Shown piece by piece: positions 58,260 through 64,000 of a DNA stretch of 64,000 nt. The DNA comes from Promethearchaeota archaeon (lineage in GTDB: Archaea > Asgardarchaeota > Lokiarchaeia > Sigyniarchaeales > SOKP01). The stretch is taken from the NCBI GenBank assembly GCA_019057795.1, contig JAHLWS010000073.1:32001-96000 (forward strand), given 5' to 3'. Positions within the stretch are counted from its first letter, which is position 1. The number at the start of each line of letters is the position of its first letter. Below the pieces are notes generated by a model that worked only from the letters and a program-made list of their open reading frames with translations, had not been told where the DNA came from and made no database searches. The translations under genes and the position numbers were made by a program.

Positions 58260-58970
58260 ATGGATTCTTCGAACTTAATTTTCGATGAAAATCTTATTAA
58301 GAGCAAACTTTATGACTGCGATTCACCTTTGAGAATATCTCTTAAAGACAATTTTTTTACAAGTTCAGCAGTGCTTTTTTCTATCGTTCCATACAAAGAA
58401 AAACCCTACGAATTAATATTAATTCATCGTTCAAATAGAGGAACAAAACATAGGGGGGAAATGTCGTTTCCAGGAGGTAAATTCGAAGTTAATAACGATA
58501 AATCCTTAGAAGACACCGCTTTAAGAGAAACTGAAGAAGAAATTGGCGTACCAAGGAAAAATATTAAAATTCTTGGTTGTCTTGACGATTTTCCTACAAT
58601 GACGAAGTATATTATCACCCCATTTGTAGCAATTATTGATCAAAATCAAAAATTAATTAAAGAGGATAGAGAAGTTCAGAAGATATTAAAAATTCCTGTC
58701 GATTTCTTCTTAAGTAAAGAAAATTTTCGAGAACAAGCTGTAGACATTGATGGCAATAAGTTCCCTATATTCTACTTTAATTACATCAATAAAGAAAATG
58801 GCAAAAAATATACTATTTGGGGAGCAACGGCTTATATGATTGTAACTTTTCTGGAAGATTTATATGGATTTACTCTTTCAAACTTAGGATTGGAGCGATT
58901 TAGACTTGAAAAAATAAAAGATTTAAAAGAGTATCTTAAATATCGAAACCAAATTACTAAGAAATTTTAA
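58260..58970 (+). CDS. Nudix CoA pyrophosphatase (NUDT7/8-like), paralog 1
   Basis: HRGEMSFPGGK, TALRETEEEIG and IWGATA motifs. Confidence 0.88.
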   Translation: MDSSNLIFDENLIKSKLYDCDSPLRISLKDNFFTSSAVLFSIVPYKEKPYELILIHRSNRGTKHRGEMSFPGGKFEVNNDKSLEDTALRETEEEIGVPRKNIKILGCLDDFPTMTKYIITPFVAIIDQNQKLIKEDREVQKILKIPVDFFLSKENFREQAVDIDGNKFPIFYFNYINKENGKKYTIWGATAYMIVTFLEDLYGFTLSNLGLERFRLEKIKDLKEYLKYRNQITKKF

Positions 58971-59003
58971 TAATTTAATACAATATTCAAAATACTGATA
59001 CCT

Positions 59004-59672
59004 ATGGATTTCATTTTTGATGAGAACTTTATTAGAAAGAAACTGAAAGACTTTAATTCTCCAGATCGTCTGGCTATGTCGCACGAATATTTTATTAATT
59101 CTGCCGTCATATTTCTAATTCTTCAATACAAGGATAAACCGTATGATTTGGTTCTATTTCGAAGAACCAAAAGTAAAACAGATAAACATTCAGGAGAAAT
59201 GTCATTTCCTGGAGGTAAATTCGACTCAACGCTTGATAAATCTTATTTAGATACGGCGTTAAGAGAACTCGAAGAAGAACTAGGCGTTTCCAAAACAAAT
59301 GTCAATGTTTTGGGCTCTATAGACGACCATCTTACACCTAAAGGATTTATTATTACTGCTTTTGTAGCCTATATCGACCAAGATGTAAGAATTGTAAAAG
59401 AAGAAAACGAAGTACAAGAAATTGTAAAAATACCAATAACTTTTTTTGCAAATAAAAAAAACTACAAAGAAAGGACTTACAATCTCAAAGGAGACCTAAT
59501 TGGAGTTGGTAAATTTAATTACAGATCCGCAGAAAATAAAAAATATGTCATATTTGGTGCGACATCTCATATTATAGTCAATTTTATTGACACAATCTAT
59601 AATATTGGATTAATGACACCTGGATGTCGACGAATAAATTGTGAAGACATTAAAGATAGAATAATTAGATAA
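59004..59672 (+). CDS. Nudix CoA pyrophosphatase (NUDT7/8-like), paralog 2
   Basis: HSGEMSFPGGK, TALRELEEELG and IFGATS motifs. Confidence 0.88.
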   Translation: MDFIFDENFIRKKLKDFNSPDRLAMSHEYFINSAVIFLILQYKDKPYDLVLFRRTKSKTDKHSGEMSFPGGKFDSTLDKSYLDTALRELEEELGVSKTNVNVLGSIDDHLTPKGFIITAFVAYIDQDVRIVKEENEVQEIVKIPITFFANKKNYKERTYNLKGDLIGVGKFNYRSAENKKYVIFGATSHIIVNFIDTIYNIGLMTPGCRRINCEDIKDRIIR

Positions 59673-59756
59673 TATCGAAAATTTAAAATAAACATAAAAT
59701 TCATTTAAATCTATAAATATTAAGTATTAACAGTAAATCTATATAATAATTAATTT

Positions 59757-59912
59757 GGCCCCCGGCGGTCGGAATTTGATTTGATCATTTCGATCTCATA
59801 CGATAAGTGGTCTCTGACGCTGGGCTTCAAACCCAGTTATCCTGCGGAGGGATAGGGGTTCGATATGGAAAGAGATTTGTTCTTTTCGAGGAAATCCCCC
59901 TGGGGGCCGCCA
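59757..59912 (+). tRNA. selC: tRNA-Sec(UCA), 9/4 fold, with two BHB-type introns (59774-59806 in the D-stem; 59865-59894 in the T-loop)
   Basis: 9-bp acceptor GGCCCCCGG/CTGGGGGCC plus GCCA; anticodon TCA at 59827-59829 in a 6-bp stem; long variable arm; 4-bp T-stem; 7-bp D-stem after splicing; adjacent to SepSecS. Confidence 0.92.
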
Positions 59913-59945
59913 AATTCAAAATTTAAGTAATTTCACGGGAAATTT

Positions 59946-61313
59946 ATGTTTGACTTTAATAAAATTATTGATTATTTTAAGAGCACATCAATTCCACAAA
60001 ATATGTTAGATAGAGGGCAATTAGTTTTAAACAATTTCTTAAAACCAATGAAAACGCTATTTGAGCAAAGAAATGTCCCTCAAAAGCCTTGGAGTGAAGG
60101 TCAAATCGAGTTTTTGCTTCAAATGCTTTCAAATATGGATACCGACAAAGATGATAAAGCTTCTCGAGTAGGGGAGCGTGAAGCAAGAATTGCATCGAGC
60201 TTACACTTAAAAACTTCAAGTGGATTTTGTCATGGGATAGGACGAAGTGGATTCTTAACAGCACCACAACCAAAAGCTCCTGGGGGCTCTATAATGTATG
60301 AACTCAGTAATTATTTAGCTCTTAATTTCCTTAGAAAATTTGGAATGTCAAATATAAAAAAAGCAATCGTCGTCCCTCAATGCACTGGAATGTCTTTAGC
60401 TTTATGTCTAGGGGCGCTCAGACCTAATTGGGATAAAAAAAATTTAATTAATAAAAGAACTGTAATTGTTCCTCAAATTGACCACAAATCTCTAATAAAA
60501 GCTATTAATTTGATGGGAATGAGAATAAAAACTGTTGAAGGGAAAATTTTTGGGGATGCAGTTAGAATACCAATTGAAGACATTGAAGCTAGTTTAGATA
60601 GTGATTGTTTTGCTGTAATCTCTTTAACAAGTTTCTTTCCTCCTCGAGAACACGACAATATTAAAGAGATTAGCAAGTTTGCTAAAAAAAACGATCTGGT
60701 TCATATAATTATTAACGCCTATGGTGTACAAAGCCCAGAATGGATGAAATTAATCCGGGTTGGTATCGACGCTGGTAGAATTGATGCAATTATTCAATCA
60801 ACTGATAAAAATGTTCTTACTCCTGTTGGTGGAGCAATAATAGCATCCCCAAGCGAAGAAATTATAACCAAAATCAGCCAAGCTTACGCAGGTCGCGCTT
60901 CTGCTGCTCCAATTGTGAACTTTCTTATATCAATGTTATCTTTAGGAATAGAAGGGTACCAAAAACTCTTAAGAGAACAACAAGATAATCGAAAATTACT
61001 AGAAAATCAATTAAAAGGAGTTGCCGAAAAAATCAACGAAAAAATTCTCGATGTGTTTAATCCTGTAGCTGTTGCTGTGTCTTTAAATAACTTAAAAAAA
61101 GAACAATTGTTCGCGTTAGGGGGCGCTTTATACAACTTAAGAGTCACTGGTCCACGAGTATATAATCCTGAAGAAAGCGTATTTGGAACGTGTTGTACTG
61201 AATATATAACACCATATATCGTAATGAACGCCGCTATTGGGGCAACATCAGAAGATATCGTTTCTGCTGTTGAGAGATTTGAAAAAGCTTACGATCAAAT
61301 AACTCAAAAATAA
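59946..61313 (+). CDS. spcS: O-phosphoseryl-tRNA(Sec) selenium transferase (SepSecS)
   Basis: MDT...GEREARI, HGIGRSG...QPKAPG, INAYGVQ, QSTDKN, YAGRAS and NAAIG motifs. Confidence 0.95.
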   Translation: MFDFNKIIDYFKSTSIPQNMLDRGQLVLNNFLKPMKTLFEQRNVPQKPWSEGQIEFLLQMLSNMDTDKDDKASRVGEREARIASSLHLKTSSGFCHGIGRSGFLTAPQPKAPGGSIMYELSNYLALNFLRKFGMSNIKKAIVVPQCTGMSLALCLGALRPNWDKKNLINKRTVIVPQIDHKSLIKAINLMGMRIKTVEGKIFGDAVRIPIEDIEASLDSDCFAVISLTSFFPPREHDNIKEISKFAKKNDLVHIIINAYGVQSPEWMKLIRVGIDAGRIDAIIQSTDKNVLTPVGGAIIASPSEEIITKISQAYAGRASAAPIVNFLISMLSLGIEGYQKLLREQQDNRKLLENQLKGVAEKINEKILDVFNPVAVAVSLNNLKKEQLFALGGALYNLRVTGPRVYNPEESVFGTCCTEYITPYIVMNAAIGATSEDIVSAVERFEKAYDQITQK

Positions 61314-61459
61314 TAATTTTCTAATATTATTTCTATTTAAGTTAGGAAAAATATAATACCGCTTTTAATAGTAAATTACGATGACATAATAATTTTTCAA
61401 TACTAAAATAATAAAAACTAGAAGAACAATATTATACTAAATATTTAGGGTTATTAACG

Positions 61460-62143
61460 ATGGTAGAAAATTTACTCTTAGATCAATTTAATAATGTAAT
61501 ATCAACTCAATGGTCTTTTAAACAAATTGAAGAAAACCATGAACCATTATCTTCACGAGAATTATTTGAATTAGCGTATCATACAAGTAATTCCGTTGCA
61601 ATGCGAAATATTTTTATAAAACTCTCTGCCTCGGAAAGTAAAGGCGGTTCTCAGGCTATACTATATTCAAACACTAAAGAATTTATAAAGATCGAAACTC
61701 TTGAGGATTCTTTGAGAATTACAAAATACTTCCCTGAAGGAAGTACTGGGGATAAGTTAATCACCAATATCCAGCCTAAACTAAAGAATAGAAAAGAAAA
61801 ATTTTTAACAAAAGATAGTTCTATGAAAACTGACATCCTTAAAACTATTCTAGTTGAAAGGAAACTAGATGAATGCGTAAACTTCGTTATGTTAAAAGAT
61901 ATTAATCGAAAAGTCTATTTTGCCATTGGAGACGCCCGGGAAAGCGCTGCAGTCGTACCTATGTTCATGGAAGCAGAAGGAGCCAGTTTGGTTCAATTAG
62001 CTTTAAATAAGTGGATGAGCACAGTTCAAACTTTCGACCAGGAAAAACCCTTTCCAGATAATTTTGTCACGGGCTTACTTAAAAATATAATGCAAATTAA
62101 AAAGTGGGTTCTGAATTTAATATCTATTAATCTAGATAAATAA
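61460..62143 (+). CDS. Hypothetical protein
   Basis: 227-aa ORF; no motif recognised. Confidence 0.65.
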   Translation: MVENLLLDQFNNVISTQWSFKQIEENHEPLSSRELFELAYHTSNSVAMRNIFIKLSASESKGGSQAILYSNTKEFIKIETLEDSLRITKYFPEGSTGDKLITNIQPKLKNRKEKFLTKDSSMKTDILKTILVERKLDECVNFVMLKDINRKVYFAIGDARESAAVVPMFMEAEGASLVQLALNKWMSTVQTFDQEKPFPDNFVTGLLKNIMQIKKWVLNLISINLDK

Positions 62144-62293
62144 ACAATACCTGTATAACAATAAAATTTGTAAAACTTGTTTGGTTTATGTATGTCTTGT
62201 TCTTTTTCAAAAAATATAACATTTAAATTATTTTTTAACTAAAATTCTATTTATACAATCATGAATTTTTAATAAATTGGAGGAAAATCTTAA

Positions 62294-63181
62294 ATGGTCT
62301 TTATCAATTCTGATGGAAAATTTAATGAAAACACTTATTTAATTGATGCCGAACTGTATAGAATGAAAGGAAATCTCGCAATTTATATAATCGAAAACGA
62401 TAATATGCGAATAATGATTGATACTCCTTCAGATTTAATGGTTAGGAAATTTGTAAAAAAAATTAAAGAATTCGGATTATATCCCATTCATAAAATAATA
62501 TTGACTCATTCTCATTTTGATCATGTTCAAGGAGTAGGAAAATTAAAAAAATTGATGCAAGGAACTAAAATTGAAGTATTAGCTTCTGAAAGAGCAATAA
62601 ATAACTTGAAAAATCCTGATAAACTAAATAAAGAATTTGGATACAATGTGAACCCTATAGATAATGTTACTCCATTGAAAGAAGGAGATATAATTGATGT
62701 TAATGGTTTAAAGCTCGAGATAATGAACTTTTTTGGTCATACTCAGGATTCTATAGCAATATTAGATCGTAAAAACAAAAATATATTTATTGGCGATGCG
62801 ATAATAAATATGTATGAACGTGAAACTTTTAGCCCTACTTTCATGTCTTTTGACTTTAACGAATCTGAACTCCTAAAAACTTTTCAAAAACTAAGAAATC
62901 TTAAAGAAGATTTATGTTCTATCTCTCTAAGTCATTTCGGCATATGGAAAGATGAAGATTTCGATTTTGTATTAAATGAAATGGAAGATCAACACTTTAA
63001 AACAAAAAATACATTAATTGAATGGTATAACGAAAATCCTGACATAGGATATATAACTCTTAAATATCACGAAACTTTTACTCCTAATTCGACAATCCAC
63101 ACTAAAGAAAACATGCTCGGTTTAGAACTTGTGATTTCATTGCTTATTAACGGCTTAAAGATAAGTGGTTATATTAAATGA
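62294..63181 (+). CDS. MBL-fold metallo-hydrolase
   Basis: THSHFDH, GHT, FIGD and SHFG motifs. Confidence 0.88.
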   Translation: MVFINSDGKFNENTYLIDAELYRMKGNLAIYIIENDNMRIMIDTPSDLMVRKFVKKIKEFGLYPIHKIILTHSHFDHVQGVGKLKKLMQGTKIEVLASERAINNLKNPDKLNKEFGYNVNPIDNVTPLKEGDIIDVNGLKLEIMNFFGHTQDSIAILDRKNKNIFIGDAIINMYERETFSPTFMSFDFNESELLKTFQKLRNLKEDLCSISLSHFGIWKDEDFDFVLNEMEDQHFKTKNTLIEWYNENPDIGYITLKYHETFTPNSTIHTKENMLGLELVISLLINGLKISGYIK

Positions 63182-63214
63182 TTTCCTCTTGAAATATAGA
63201 AAAAAGAAAAAGAG

Positions 63215-63394
63215 TGGGCCATCGGGGACTTGAACCCCGGATCTCAGGCTTTTACTGATATGGACATTTTAAATTATTTTGTCTGTCCATGGGTCAATTA
63301 TAAGACCTGCGCTTGTTGACCAAGCTTCAATTAAGCCTTGTTAACCATTTCAGTAAACAAGATAAATTCTCGTTTAAAACTGAGCTAATGGCCC
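63215..63394 (-). tRNA. tRNA-Ile(UAU) with three BHB introns (63377-63348, 63341-63315, 63297-63250)
   Basis: Acceptor GGGCCAT/ATGGCCC plus A73; T-arm CGGGG-TTCAAGT-CCCCG; anticodon arm CAGGT-CTTATAA-GCCTG (TAT at 63302-63300); each intron has a 4-bp helix, 3-nt bulges and an intron stem. Confidence 0.88.
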
Positions 63395-63574
63395 TGTGCT
63401 TAATTTATATTCTGTATTTTTAAATACTTTTTTTATTTTACTTACATTATAAAGTCAAAAAGCACAAAATAATAAAAATTTTTTTATTGGTGTGCTCTAA
63501 TTAAATATATAATTAAAATCAAAAAATGATATTATACATAATATTTAAAAAAACACAAATGGGTGTAAAAACAA

Positions 63575-63979
63575 ATGGCCGAAATGTTACAAGACCTCTT
63601 AAACTCAATTTACCAAAGAATTGCCCAACTTGGTCAAGCAATTCAAGGATTGAAAACCTCTTTAGACGGGCTAAATCAAAATATTGAGCAAAAAATCTCT
63701 AATCTAAACGAAAAGTTAAAAGAATTTTCAGAGGAAATTGAAGTAACGAAGGGCAAACACATCGAAGTTCTGAAAGACATTGGAGAGAGTACAAAACTTG
63801 AATTGACGAAAATACAGGAAGGACTAGGATTAGTTGCTCTTGAAACGCTCGTGAAAAACTTAGAAGAATTCTCAAAATTGTCCGGGGAAGTACTTAACCA
63901 AGATACAGTTAATTTGCTTCTTTCTGAAGCAATTAGTTCGGTAAAATCCATGAGAGAAATATCTCAAAATGATGTATAG
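63575..63979 (+). CDS. Coiled-coil hypothetical protein
   Basis: Heptad-rich 134-aa ORF with GGGTG RBS. Confidence 0.65.
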   Translation: MAEMLQDLLNSIYQRIAQLGQAIQGLKTSLDGLNQNIEQKISNLNEKLKEFSEEIEVTKGKHIEVLKDIGESTKLELTKIQEGLGLVALETLVKNLEEFSKLSGEVLNQDTVNLLLSEAISSVKSMREISQNDV

Positions 63980-64000
63980 TATAAATAATGTAGTATAATC

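Noticed and set aside
52142-63181. Genes ending in TGA (L15, selB, MBL hydrolase) as Sec read-through candidates
   Set aside because: Each is followed by another in-frame stop within a few codons, and the proteins are already full length.
537-63951. Numerous short antisense or overlapping ORFs in the six-frame track (e.g. 6094-6447, 44363-44770, 56801-57118)
   Set aside because: They are shadows of well-supported genes on the opposite strand, with F/S/L-rich composition mirroring K/E-rich sense codons.

Overview
AT-rich, gene-dense archaeal chromosome segment, most likely an Asgard (Lokiarchaeia-like) archaeon. This is inferred from archaeal ribosomal proteins together with eukaryote-type proteins: ribophorin I, OSTC/DC2, Sec61beta, roadblock, a long Trm112 and a DPM2-like protein. 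The window holds a glycosylation/translocon locus (1-12.5 kb), a peptide ABC transporter (12.8-20.6 kb), mixed housekeeping genes, a 19-gene S19-L15 ribosomal cluster (42.6-52.1 kb), a probable cobalamin-uptake locus, and selenocysteine machinery (SelB, tRNA-Sec, SepSecS). The strongest unexplained signal is a set of seven short (27-48 nt) bulge-helix-bulge (BHB) introns. Six lie in three tRNA genes, all at non-canonical positions: tRNA-Gln (1), tRNA-Sec (2), and a rare tRNA-Ile(UAU) (3, with a 6-nt micro-exon). The seventh is a 31-nt frameshifting BHB intron inside a protein-coding DPM2-like gene (40096-40126, minus strand), pointing to tRNA-endonuclease-type pre-mRNA splicing. No CRISPR array, rRNA or transposase was seen. 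All protein calls come from motif recognition by eye; no database search was run.
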